DNA of 46,103 nt, taken from an uncultured Bacilli bacterium. GTDB lineage: Bacteria; Bacillota_I; Bacilli_A; RFN20; CAG-826. The DNA is taken from assembly GCA_947625975.1 (NCBI GenBank), contig CANQQL010000004.1, positions 1 to 46,103 on the forward strand. Reading direction: 5' to 3'. The position numbers and the translations under genes were made by a program. Within the stretch, counting starts at the first letter, position 1, and the number at the start of each line of letters is the position of its first letter. Shown in pieces: positions 29,938 to 39,554 of the stretch. The notes under the pieces were generated by a model. It worked only from the letters and a program-made list of their open reading frames with translations, was not told the origin of the DNA and did no database searches.

Positions 29938-30300
29938 CATAGGTTAGTCATGAGAAATGCGTTTTGGCGGGGTATTTTGCAAAAGCTTTGTTTTTTTTGT
30001 AAAAATCCCTCCACTTATAATTCAATCGGACGGGCAATCGTCAACAGCCCTCCATAAGTTAGCCACGGGAAAGGAGGTTTGACAGGGTATTTCACCAAAA
30101 AATATCATGCAAAAAGAAAATGCCACGGAAGCAAGCGGACTGCCCGCCACCGCTTCGTGTGGCTTTGATTGATTTCTTTTTTCGGTTTTGTAGGTTTGGT
30201 GATCAAGCACCGCCAAAGTTTCATTTTGGAAAATCTTGGCTATTCGTCTTTAATATTTAGGACCCAATATAAAACTGCAGAATTAAAATTCCCGCTGTTC
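29938..30300. other. GC-richer, hairpin-rich foreign segment (mobile-element end or ncRNA)
   Basis: Abrupt composition shift; stems GTCAA..CCTCC/GGAGG..TTGAC, GCCACG-GAAGC/GCTTC-G-TGTGGC, closing TCAATCGGA/TTTGATTGA. Confidence 0.45.
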
Positions 30301-30319
30301 TAATATATGTGTTAATTAA

Positions 30320-31435
30320 TTATTCTCTTTCTCTAATGGATTTTATATATTCTTCTAACTCTTTTGTCATAAAAATAAAGTTCTTCACAAATTGAGCAAG
30401 TTTCTGGGAGACAATATTTGATATACGTGAATAATCACTCTCATGAAAAGTATAGTCACTGCAATTTCTTCCTTGTAAATCAAAGGCGATTTCTTCTTTC
30501 TCCTGTTTTAACATCAAAATTTGTTCAGTTCGGTGTGTTTCGTCCGCAAGCTCAAGTTCATAATAACAATTAGGACGAGATAATGTTAAGTCAACGATAC
30601 AAACAAGTGCACGATTGATTGAATCCTTTATACTATCCATTATCTTCGGATTATTTTTGTCGTCTTGTCGTTCGGCGATAAATCCTTGCAACCTTGCGCC
30701 TTTTATTATCGCCTTTTTTACCTCGTTAAAGTGTACCCATTCCCGACCAGCAGTCATAGGCATTATAATAAATGCAGTCAATTCTGAAAATCTGCTATTG
30801 TCCTTTTCGCATCGACTTTTTATGTTTTTCATGCATCTGTGATATTCTTCATAACCTATGTCATTCAAAATCACATAATCATATAGGTTTTCACCTATTG
30901 TCCCAATATATGAATTCAAACACTCGGCATTTCTTTGTAGCCTCTTTGATATATTTTCTTCAATCCTACTTATATCTGTAATGTTCCTTTCACGACATTG
31001 AGCCGTAACGCGCTCTCTTAATCGTACGCTATCGCTATAAATAAAAATGCTTACCACCTTTATATTGAGGTAGGATGCATATACCTCTTTAATAGTTCTT
31101 ATTGTTTCGGCATTGCGCACAATTAGATAAACATTGTTGTATTCATAAAGTTTGGAATCTATGTCCTTTTTTAAAACCATGTATCGACAACTTGCTTCAT
31201 TTTCGGGATAATTGTACTCAAAATAGTCGTAATCTTTTCTTCCTCTTTGGTGTGCGTCATATACATCTTTAGTACAATACTCTAAATCGGGACGTTCAAT
31301 CCCATCAAAATCTCTGGGTTTCGTAGTATATTTTTTTATATAAGTATCTCTTTGAGATGCTTCGTCACAAAAATGTTGTATGAAATCGGTTTTTCCCGAA
31401 CCAGCTGCGCCATCAACTAAAAATAAAGTTGGCAT
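30320..31435 (-). CDS. guanylate kinase-like P-loop domain fused to a nucleoside 2-deoxyribosyltransferase-like (NDT/N-glycosidase) domain
   Basis: N-terminal GAAGSGKT, KYTTKPR, YDYVILND; C-terminal AFIIMPM...ERQDD...INRALVCIVDLT..RPNCYYEL..A...FDLQG; RBS AGGAG. Confidence 0.8.
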   Translation of the reverse strand: MPTLFLVDGAAGSGKTDFIQHFCDEASQRDTYIKKYTTKPRDFDGIERPDLEYCTKDVYDAHQRGRKDYDYFEYNYPENEASCRYMVLKKDIDSKLYEYNNVYLIVRNAETIRTIKEVYASYLNIKVVSIFIYSDSVRLRERVTAQCRERNITDISRIEENISKRLQRNAECLNSYIGTIGENLYDYVILNDIGYEEYHRCMKNIKSRCEKDNSRFSELTAFIIMPMTAGREWVHFNEVKKAIIKGARLQGFIAERQDDKNNPKIMDSIKDSINRALVCIVDLTLSRPNCYYELELADETHRTEQILMLKQEKEEIAFDLQGRNCSDYTFHESDYSRISNIVSQKLAQFVKNFIFMTKELEEYIKSIRERE

Positions 31436-31764
31436 AGATGTTTCTCCTAATTGTATTTATTTAAATATACCATTCTTTATTAAAAAAGTAAATTTTAATT
31501 TTACCCTGAATTATCATTTGTTAATCTCAATTGAAAAAGCAACACATGATGAGAACAGGTGTTGCGATATGAATTGTAATGAATAAAATGTTAAAATCAA
31601 ATAAGGTGTTTCAAGAGGTAGAAAGAAGTGAAACAACTGAATCAAAGTGAACCGAATAAAATTTCTTTAATTGCTAAAAAATTAACATTTTATTTGAGAA
31701 ATTAACATTAGAATTGAACATATGTGAATTATAATTTGATTGAGATTTGGAGGATGATATATAA

Positions 31765-32397
31765 ATGAAGTTTAATGAAAAGTTAAAAGCATTAAGAAAA
31801 AAGCATGATTTAACGCAAGTTGAACTTGCAGATCGACTTTATGTCAGTCGTTCACTGGTTGCAAGATGGGAATATGGAGATGTTTATCCCACCATTGATA
31901 ATCTTAATAAAATATCATCTTATTTTGATATTCCGATAGGTGATCTATTATGTGATGATGAAAAAACAGAAATATTAGTTCGCCAAGTAAACTTAGAAAG
32001 CAAAATAAAGAAAGTATTGAGAATATCATTGTTAACATTGATTATAGTTTATTCAATTGTTATGCCAATACTATATTGCTTAAAGATATTTTCTATTATT
32101 GGATATGGTTATTCAGGAGACAATTATACAGGTAGTGATGTAGATTTTAATATTTTTCATTATTCTGTTTTAGATTGTATTTTGCCAGAAGATTCATGGC
32201 TATTAGTTGTCTCACCATTGTTAAATTTCATATTAGCAATTTTTACTATTTTAGATTTTGTTTTTAAAAGAAAAAGATTAAAAAACATTTTGGGAGGAAT
32301 TACTGGTATTCTGTTTGTTATCTCATTGATTTTTGTGATTTTGACATTTGTGCTTGGAACAAAGCATCCGATTGGAATACTTCCCAAATTCATGTAA
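31765..32397 (+). CDS. XRE family HTH regulator with C-terminal transmembrane domain
   Basis: LRKKHDLTQVELADRLYVSRSLVARWEYG..YPT plus 3 TM helices; RBS GGAGG; direct repeat AAATTAACATT at 31679 and 31699 upstream. Confidence 0.88.
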   Translation: MKFNEKLKALRKKHDLTQVELADRLYVSRSLVARWEYGDVYPTIDNLNKISSYFDIPIGDLLCDDEKTEILVRQVNLESKIKKVLRISLLTLIIVYSIVMPILYCLKIFSIIGYGYSGDNYTGSDVDFNIFHYSVLDCILPEDSWLLVVSPLLNFILAIFTILDFVFKRKRLKNILGGITGILFVISLIFVILTFVLGTKHPIGILPKFM

Positions 32398-32495
32398 GTA
32401 GCAAAAAAAGAGATATACTTGAATTAATATTAACTGAATTTGCTTAGTTAATATGAAAGATAAGTTATTAAAATAAAAAATAAGGAGAAAATGTA

Positions 32496-32723
32496 GTGAA
32501 ATTCAAATTTGGCGATATCGTTTATCATGTTCCGTTTGCAAAAGCATATCCAAGCGGAATAGATTATTTGCAAATTCTTGGATATGATTCGGTTAAGCAA
32601 ATGATTTATATTATGAAAACAATGATTTCGATGATTACAACAAAAATTAATCCGAAAAGCAATAAGACATCGAAAAAAAAGATAGCGATAATAAATGATA
32701 ATTATTACATTTGTAGAAAATAA
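32496..32723 (+). pseudogene. short ORF or gene remnant of unknown family
   Basis: Good RBS (AAGGAG) before GTG; N-terminus looks protein-like, the rest looks frameshifted. Confidence 0.3.
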
Positions 32724-33340
32724 AATATGAAAAAGGTATAAATATTATGGAAATTTCTATATTATTATGTGGAATCTTTATATGATTAATTGAAAGAATA
32801 TTAGGGCAACCACTATGCTTATTTAATGTCCAATAAGATTAGTTGTCGGAGTACTAATGTTTACCTAATATATGCTTCTGATAAACTATTTTTAATATTT
32901 TGTGGTAATAAAAAATCAAGCACTTTTGATAGGCGATAATTCGCTTATTGAAGGTTTTTTTAGTTAATTAGAAAATTGTATTTTAAGGAAAAAATTAAAA
33001 AAAGGATTAAAGGATGAGTTCTGAGTAGTAAAATTCTGCTTTTTATGTTCGGGAAAGGTAAGTTTATTGAGTAAATTGCTTTTTTGCTGTTTAGAAAGCA
33101 AAATATTCAGAGTGGGTTGTCGTTTCGGTTATAACAAAATATTGAATTACAAAATTTAGTAGCGACATTTTATAGATATAATTTGAGACAAAACGAGTGC
33201 GAATATTATAAGCAAGTCAAAATATTAAAATTTTCAAAAATACAATTTATTTTGAAGCCTGAATTGTGAGAAAACATAAATTTATTATAAAACTTAAATA
33301 CATTTTGAGTCCTAGACAAAGTTATTTCTCTTTTATTCAT

Positions 33341-33400
33341 AAAAAAGGATGTTGTTTCACCCAAATTTTTAATTGGGTTTTTCAACATCCTCTTTTTTTT
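33341..33400 (-). terminator. terminator downstream of the 988-aa gene (possibly bidirectional)
   Basis: AGGATGTTG...CAACATCCT with inner ACCCAA/TTGGGT stem, flanked by A and T tracts. Confidence 0.6.
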
Positions 33401-33404
33401 GCTT

Positions 33405-36371
33405 TTAACGAGTGTGAGTGGTGCTTAACCACTCATTTAATGCATCACTCTCATGAGCAAGAATGAAATCTTCTAAGTCAGTAATTCTATTTGAATCATC
33501 GGCAACCAAATTACGATCTGCAATATTTAAATTTAAATCAACATTAATGGTAAGACCTACAGAAATACCTAAATGTGCATCTAAGCCGACCAATTGCTCA
33601 TTACTATTATCGGTTTTAACTTTTAAGGTAAGCGCAGTTAAACGATCGTTATTTGCTAATGCAGCTATATCAATATCGAAGAAGAAGTAGTGATCAGTAG
33701 CGTTATAGATGAAATCCTTTAAGATTTTCTCATAGTGTATTTGTGCGCCTTTGTCACTAGTTGCCGAATTTTCAATCATATTCATAATTGAATCTTTAGC
33801 TCCAACAACATCTTTTAAAAGAATTTGTAGAATATTTGCGCTCATGTAATCTAAATCAAAGCGACGAGTATAATTTGTTTGGTAATATACTTTTTTGGTA
33901 AAGAAGAGACCACTTCTCTCATAATAATTATCAATACGATTTAGATAGAACATCTTATTATGATAATAAATGCTAGCAGTTCTACTTTCGTCTACATGAG
34001 TGAAATTTAAACTTGATTCAGAGTTAAGCAATCCATTTAATGGAATATTTACAAAATTAATAGCAAGTTTAATGTCACCATTCTTGGAATGAAGTTTGAT
34101 GTCAAGTGGAATTTCAAAGTCTATGAGAGAGATTGAACCGATATTTAATTTAGCTGTAGCATTAAAGTGATAATAATTAAACTTTGAAGTGTTAATGCCA
34201 AGTAGTAGTAATACTTTTATATCTGAAAAGTCTATGTATTCAACATAAGGATCTAATCTTGTTATGTCTTTTGCTTCATCGTAATTATCTAAACGAATGT
34301 TAAATTCGACATTTTCAGCACCAATTTTACAATTTGATACTTTCAAAGATTTTATAACAGGATTATAAACGACTGTATCTTGTATTTCGGTTTCTCCGGC
34401 AGTGTATTCTAATCTAAGTGTAAATCCATATTCAGAAAAACTAATAATATCTAATGCGAGATCCATTTCGACGTAATAAGTACCATCTTTTTGACCTGTT
34501 TCAAATCGATTAATAATATTAGTGGATAGAAGTTGCGTATAGTCGCCATCCATTACTTGTTTAATCGGCATCGAGTTTATTTTTTCAATAATTTCGCCAA
34601 ATAGTTCGTTAAAATGTTCATCAGGGTTTTTAATGATATCAGTAACTACTCCAACTAATTCTTTAAGAGTACGAATTTTGGCTTTGCCATTCATTGTATC
34701 GTTATATGTAAATAAAATTTCTTCCGATGATTTCATATCAGCTTTTATATTATGCTTATATTCATTGCGATCTGTAACGTTGAGATAACCATAACCATAA
34801 CTATCATCAGTCTCAACATTGGCATCAGGATTTAATTCAAATTGAATATTACCATCCATATTTACTGGTTTAACTAATTCATCATCGTTTTTAACCTGAC
34901 CATCAAAATCAATTTGAAATTTTTTCTCTGGCCAAGAGGCATAATTTTCGTAAACATCAACCAAGCCAAGAAGCGGATCAACTTCAGCATAATCTTGTTC
35001 CACAATGGTAAATGGTTTATATTCGCTAAAAGTTAATACTAAATCAGCAAAATAATTTTTTATAGCTAAGTTTGTCACAGTCATAGATTTTAAACCATTA
35101 GTATCAAATTGTAGAACTATTTTAAATGCACCAATGCTTTCCAAACCGGCTTTACTTGGATCAAGAGTAAAATCTAAAGATTCATCTTTTAATTCAATAT
35201 TTCCTAACATTTTATCTGCGTTATTGAGTATTTCAAGAATATTCGAAGATTTGATTTTTTCCGTTAAAGTATTAATAGTCTCTTCAATTTTACTTTCTCC
35301 GATTTTACTTAATGCATAATCGAGTAAGGTACTGACGGAATCCATTTTTAGCGATACTTTCAAATCCGAATATTTTGCATATATTTTCTTTTCGGATAAA
35401 GCAAAGTTAAATGGTGATTGCTTTTGGTTTGCAGTTAAATTTCCGTCTAAAGAATATTTACTATTGTCAAAGTCGTAAGATAAATCTAAATTTAATCCGA
35501 TAAGATCTTTTCGCTCTTTTTTTACTAAATCTTCTTCCGTTGAAATATCTTTCTTTAAATCTAAATCTACTTTTACAGTATTTTGCTTTTTCTTTGTTAA
35601 GTTATAGAAACCATCGAAGATTGTAAAAGCTGGAGAAAAATTTTGATATTTTGCTAATTCTAGTGTTCTAAAACTTACAGATTCTTGTTGACTTAAATTA
35701 ACATCAAGATGATAGAAATTGCCATTATAGATAAATCTATCCGTTCGAATTCCTTTAAAATTGTTATTTGGGTCAGTTTTAATGTATAAATCAATATTAT
35801 TTAATTGTAATTTAAAACATAAGTCACCAGATGGAGTCACTTTTTTATCTTCCATATTTTGAATAGTGTCCAGTAAAGAATTTGTGTCGAGATTTTTTAA
35901 CTCTTCGGGCATTTCTACCTCCATACCATAAATGGTAGGTAATGCTTCAACAAATTCGAAAACAGAATTTGTATCAATTCTAAAGTGCGAATCGCGATAT
36001 GAAAAATAGGCAGTTGAGTTTTGATAAGATAAATCAAGAGGAATTTTATTTCCATCAATATCGGCGATACCTGTTCCATCTAATTTAAAGTCCTCTAAAT
36101 TAGAAATATCTCCCACACCATCAAAAGTAAGACCAAAATTATATTTTCCATCCATTGTTATATCAAGTTTAGCATCAATATCAAATGCTTTAACATTCAT
36201 GATATTGTTAAAAAGCTTTTGTTGATTTGTAACTAGGGGTGTAAGTCTATTATTATTTCCCTCATCACTTATTTCTGGATCAGTATTTTTTTTGTATTGA
36301 GAAATAAACCCAATGCCAAAACTAAGTCCAAATAGCGATAAAAATATTGCACCTTTTTTAAATTTTTTCAT
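33405..36371 (-). CDS. large membrane-anchored/secreted beta-rich protein with four internal repeats
   Basis: N-terminal MKKFKKG plus hydrophobic segment; four similar modules; RBS GGAGG. Confidence 0.8.
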   Translation of the reverse strand: MKKFKKGAIFLSLFGLSFGIGFISQYKKNTDPEISDEGNNNRLTPLVTNQQKLFNNIMNVKAFDIDAKLDITMDGKYNFGLTFDGVGDISNLEDFKLDGTGIADIDGNKIPLDLSYQNSTAYFSYRDSHFRIDTNSVFEFVEALPTIYGMEVEMPEELKNLDTNSLLDTIQNMEDKKVTPSGDLCFKLQLNNIDLYIKTDPNNNFKGIRTDRFIYNGNFYHLDVNLSQQESVSFRTLELAKYQNFSPAFTIFDGFYNLTKKKQNTVKVDLDLKKDISTEEDLVKKERKDLIGLNLDLSYDFDNSKYSLDGNLTANQKQSPFNFALSEKKIYAKYSDLKVSLKMDSVSTLLDYALSKIGESKIEETINTLTEKIKSSNILEILNNADKMLGNIELKDESLDFTLDPSKAGLESIGAFKIVLQFDTNGLKSMTVTNLAIKNYFADLVLTFSEYKPFTIVEQDYAEVDPLLGLVDVYENYASWPEKKFQIDFDGQVKNDDELVKPVNMDGNIQFELNPDANVETDDSYGYGYLNVTDRNEYKHNIKADMKSSEEILFTYNDTMNGKAKIRTLKELVGVVTDIIKNPDEHFNELFGEIIEKINSMPIKQVMDGDYTQLLSTNIINRFETGQKDGTYYVEMDLALDIISFSEYGFTLRLEYTAGETEIQDTVVYNPVIKSLKVSNCKIGAENVEFNIRLDNYDEAKDITRLDPYVEYIDFSDIKVLLLLGINTSKFNYYHFNATAKLNIGSISLIDFEIPLDIKLHSKNGDIKLAINFVNIPLNGLLNSESSLNFTHVDESRTASIYYHNKMFYLNRIDNYYERSGLFFTKKVYYQTNYTRRFDLDYMSANILQILLKDVVGAKDSIMNMIENSATSDKGAQIHYEKILKDFIYNATDHYFFFDIDIAALANNDRLTALTLKVKTDNSNEQLVGLDAHLGISVGLTINVDLNLNIADRNLVADDSNRITDLEDFILAHESDALNEWLSTTHTR

Positions 36372-36373
36372 AA

Positions 36374-37291
36374 TTAATTTTCCTCCGTTTTTGTATAATT
36401 TATATCCTCATTTAAACTAGGTATGGAAATGTTAGAATTGTAAGTGTATTCTTCTACAATTGTTCCCTTAGTGTCTACTGCTAAAAAGCCATAGGGAACA
36501 TTGTATTCTTCATAAATTTCATTTTTCAGAATAAAAAGGTCACTTGACAGTGTTAACTTTAGATTCACTAAATTAAATGTAGGAAAAGCAGATAATTCAG
36601 AAGTCATCTTCATTTGCTTAGCATAATTTGTTGTGGCCAAATCCGGTTCAAGAGATAAATTTACAATAAATTTGTTGTCTTCGACTTTACTACTTTCTTC
36701 TTTGATCGTAAGTCTGTTTAATGTATAGATAAAAGGCCTTTTCATACTTTTACCCCAAGATTCTTTGAATGACACTTCGCTAAATGTATCTGTCGCATTA
36801 TCTGCCCATTTTGCCGTAGATGATGTTTTTAGTCCTTCGCTTTTATAAACTTTGATTTCATTATCAGTTTGATAAAATCTCCAACCGATTTTCATCAATC
36901 CATAAGACAAACTTTCCGAAAAATAAGAATTATTTTCTTTAATATACTTTGAATAAACTTCTTGATTAGCAACAGAAGCATTAACTACTCCCGTATTAGT
37001 AATTTGTGCATAAGATGATTTTTCAAAGTTAAGAAGTCCAAGTCTTACTAATTGATAAGGGCGAAATTCATTAGTATAGCGATTTAACTCAACTTTCATA
37101 GTTTTTAAATTTGTAAACTTTTCGTAGAGCTCATTATCTTTTTCATCTACTTCAATATTAATAGTTGGAAGTGCGCGATTATGGCTAAAAAAGTTTCGTC
37201 CTGCTAAGAGGCCAATCGTTGTACCACTGCCAACTATTGCAATAGTTGCGATAATGGATAAGATAGGTTTTTTCTTTGATTTCGTTTCCAT
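36374..37291 (-). CDS. membrane-anchored hypothetical protein (beta-rich)
   Basis: Start moved to ATG 37291 (METKSKKK plus TM helix); ends 2 bp before the 988-aa gene. Confidence 0.75.
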   Translation of the reverse strand: METKSKKKPILSIIATIAIVGSGTTIGLLAGRNFFSHNRALPTINIEVDEKDNELYEKFTNLKTMKVELNRYTNEFRPYQLVRLGLLNFEKSSYAQITNTGVVNASVANQEVYSKYIKENNSYFSESLSYGLMKIGWRFYQTDNEIKVYKSEGLKTSSTAKWADNATDTFSEVSFKESWGKSMKRPFIYTLNRLTIKEESSKVEDNKFIVNLSLEPDLATTNYAKQMKMTSELSAFPTFNLVNLKLTLSSDLFILKNEIYEEYNVPYGFLAVDTKGTIVEEYTYNSNISIPSLNEDINYTKTEEN

Positions 37292-37527
37292 ACAACATAA
37301 TTTTATTTTTAGCAATTGGTAAAACAACCTCTTAAATTAAGAAATGTTAAGAGAGTTAATTCTCTATTAAAGATAGTCGAATTCTTTTCTCTCTTTTTAA
37401 GAGAATACAAGCAAAATAATTACAATTTGATGATAAAAATTGATTTTCAACTCCTTTATGCTATAATAAAAAAGTAAAAATTAATCATTTATTTCAATTT
37501 TTATTTTTAGAGGTTTTATAAAGTTTT

Positions 37528-38121
37528 ATGGAAAACATTCGAGAAATTATTGGTGAAAATTTGGCTGAATTAAGGAAAAAAAAGGGCTTAACTCAATTTG
37601 AATTAGCGGAAAAATTTAATTACTCAGATAAAGCAATCAGCAAATGGGAAAATGGATCAACTTTACCAGATATCGAAATTTTATATCAGCTTTGTGAATT
37701 TTATGATGTTAGTCTTGATTACTTGACCCATAAGGAAGATAAGCAAAAATATATTAAAGATACGAATAAAACTTTATTAAAAAATCGTATAGCAATCAGT
37801 TGTTTGCTTGTTTCCATTGTCTGGATGATTGCTACTATTATTTTTGTGTATACATTAATGGACAATCCTACATCTCCAAACTGGGTAGCCTTTGTTTGGG
37901 CTGTTCCAATATCGTGCATTATATTAATTGGGTTGAATAAAATTTTTTTCCGCAATAGAGCAATGTATTTTTATGTTTGTTCAATTCTTGTTTGGTCTGG
38001 TATTACTTCCTTTTTTTGTCAGTTTATCAGTTACACACCATGGCCAATTTTTATTGTAGGATTACCTATGCAAATATCTTTAATACTTTGGTACTGCATA
38101 ATATTTACAAAAAGAAAATAA
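37528..38121 (+). CDS. XRE family HTH regulator with C-terminal transmembrane domain
   Basis: LRKKKGLTQFELAEKFNYSDKAISKWENG..LPDI plus 4 TM helices. Confidence 0.9.
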   Translation: MENIREIIGENLAELRKKKGLTQFELAEKFNYSDKAISKWENGSTLPDIEILYQLCEFYDVSLDYLTHKEDKQKYIKDTNKTLLKNRIAISCLLVSIVWMIATIIFVYTLMDNPTSPNWVAFVWAVPISCIILIGLNKIFFRNRAMYFYVCSILVWSGITSFFCQFISYTPWPIFIVGLPMQISLILWYCIIFTKRK

Positions 38122-38161
38122 AAAAAGTCCAAACCTTCAAAAAAAGAGGTTTGGGCTTTTT
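38121..38161. terminator. bidirectional terminator between convergent genes
   Basis: AAAAAGTCCAAACCTT...GAGGTTTGGGCTTTTT. Confidence 0.7.
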
Positions 38162-38163
38162 AT

Positions 38164-39459
38164 TTAATTAGTTTCAAGAGGATCTATTAATTTTTCTATA
38201 GGAAACACTTTCCAACCATGATCTTGAGAATAAAATTGATCAATGGTGAAATATAGGCTAACTTCTTTGCTAGATAAGAAGTAATTGAAAAGTGGAGAAT
38301 AACTAAATGTTTTTTCAGAAATATTATAGTGATTTATTAAAAATAGTCCTGAAACTGATTTTATTCCTGTGGAAGATGAATCAGAAATTAAACTTGCTTT
38401 ATTTTCCTTAGCAATTCCCAAATGATAATTGGCATTTGCATTATATTTACTATTATCAACAATAAATCCTTTTGTTTGATAGAGAGTTAAGTATTCTTGA
38501 ATCGAAGGGGAATAATACTTATCACTTAAAATATATTTTGATTTTAAGAAATCGGGTTCGACAGTTTGTGAATGATTGACATTGATAACACTTTCTTCAG
38601 TGCTAGATTTTATAACGTACTGATTATGTAAATATAAGATTGCGGGATTTGTAGTTTTAATATTCATAATTCCCGTAATTTCATAGAACTTTCCAACATC
38701 CTCACGATTAACAAACTTTTTATCATTGATAACATTTATTACCCCAGTTCCATCACTGAACACCGCTTTTTTATTTGCATCTTCATACTCGGTGGCAATT
38801 AATTGGCCAGTAAATGTGACTATTTTTCCAGTTCCACATTTCTTATTATCGAGTCTAATATTTTCAAAGTCCTCGACCAATGAAATAATTGATTCCTTTG
38901 CTTCAGTAATGTTGTTTAAGTTAACAGATACCTCTTCACTAAGATTAACTACACTTTCTCGACTATCTAAGTCATCGTTATATTGAAGCTCGATATTAGC
39001 ATCAACTTTAGCTATATTCGCCGTAATCAAATATTCATAATTAGTATATCTATTGTCCAAATAATCAGTGTATTTTGAAACGGGAACTCTTAAATATATT
39101 GATGATTCAGCATCGGCAAAGTACATTAAATTGGAACTAGTCGTTTTTATAACTTTTAAAAAGGTTGCTTTTATTTTTATAAGTTCGCCGATTTCGTTAT
39201 CACCCAAATCTTCTGCAAGTGTGCGAGCTTCTTTAATAGTTAATTGCTTTATAGAAGGCTTGGAAGCACTTGTAGAATTAGAAACTGATGAAGTACTTGC
39301 ACTTTGTAAGATACTAGGATTTTCACTAATTGGATTATCAGAACTAGGAGATGCTGAACTAGATGAAGTATCTAAGCTATTATTTAAAGAAACTGAAGGC
39401 GTTGTGCTACAACTTACTAACAAAATAGATAATAAAAATATAAAGTATTTTCTTTTCAT
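38164..39459 (-). CDS. lipoprotein with Ser-rich linker and possible OB-fold repeats
   Basis: Start moved to ATG 39459: MKRKYFIFLLSILLVS-C lipobox, Ser/Thr-rich spacer, repeated (F)xDxxGxIxV modules. Confidence 0.75.
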   Translation of the reverse strand: MKRKYFIFLLSILLVSCSTTPSVSLNNSLDTSSSSASPSSDNPISENPSILQSASTSSVSNSTSASKPSIKQLTIKEARTLAEDLGDNEIGELIKIKATFLKVIKTTSSNLMYFADAESSIYLRVPVSKYTDYLDNRYTNYEYLITANIAKVDANIELQYNDDLDSRESVVNLSEEVSVNLNNITEAKESIISLVEDFENIRLDNKKCGTGKIVTFTGQLIATEYEDANKKAVFSDGTGVINVINDKKFVNREDVGKFYEITGIMNIKTTNPAILYLHNQYVIKSSTEESVINVNHSQTVEPDFLKSKYILSDKYYSPSIQEYLTLYQTKGFIVDNSKYNANANYHLGIAKENKASLISDSSSTGIKSVSGLFLINHYNISEKTFSYSPLFNYFLSSKEVSLYFTIDQFYSQDHGWKVFPIEKLIDPLETN

Positions 39460-39554
39460 AAATCTCATCACCAATTTTATTTTACAAGAAATTAAATTAA
39501 ATGCGTAGCACAAATTGGTTAATGTGTTAAAATAAGCCAAGAGGTGTGATTTTT

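Noticed and set aside
29830-30216. ORFs 29830-30057 (+) and 30022-30216 (-)
   Set aside because: The first is the shifted frame of the AAA remnant running into non-coding DNA; the second lacks an RBS and recognisable features and overlaps the hairpins.
29938-31435. Retron interpretation (NDT effector plus structured RNA)
   Set aside because: No reverse transcriptase in the window, and the structured segment lies downstream and apparently on the opposite strand.
33015-33150. Loose ~42-46-bp repeats (GAGTA..AATT..GCTTTTT..TGTT..GAAAG)
   Set aside because: Only two convincing copies and too degenerate to call a mini-array or operator.
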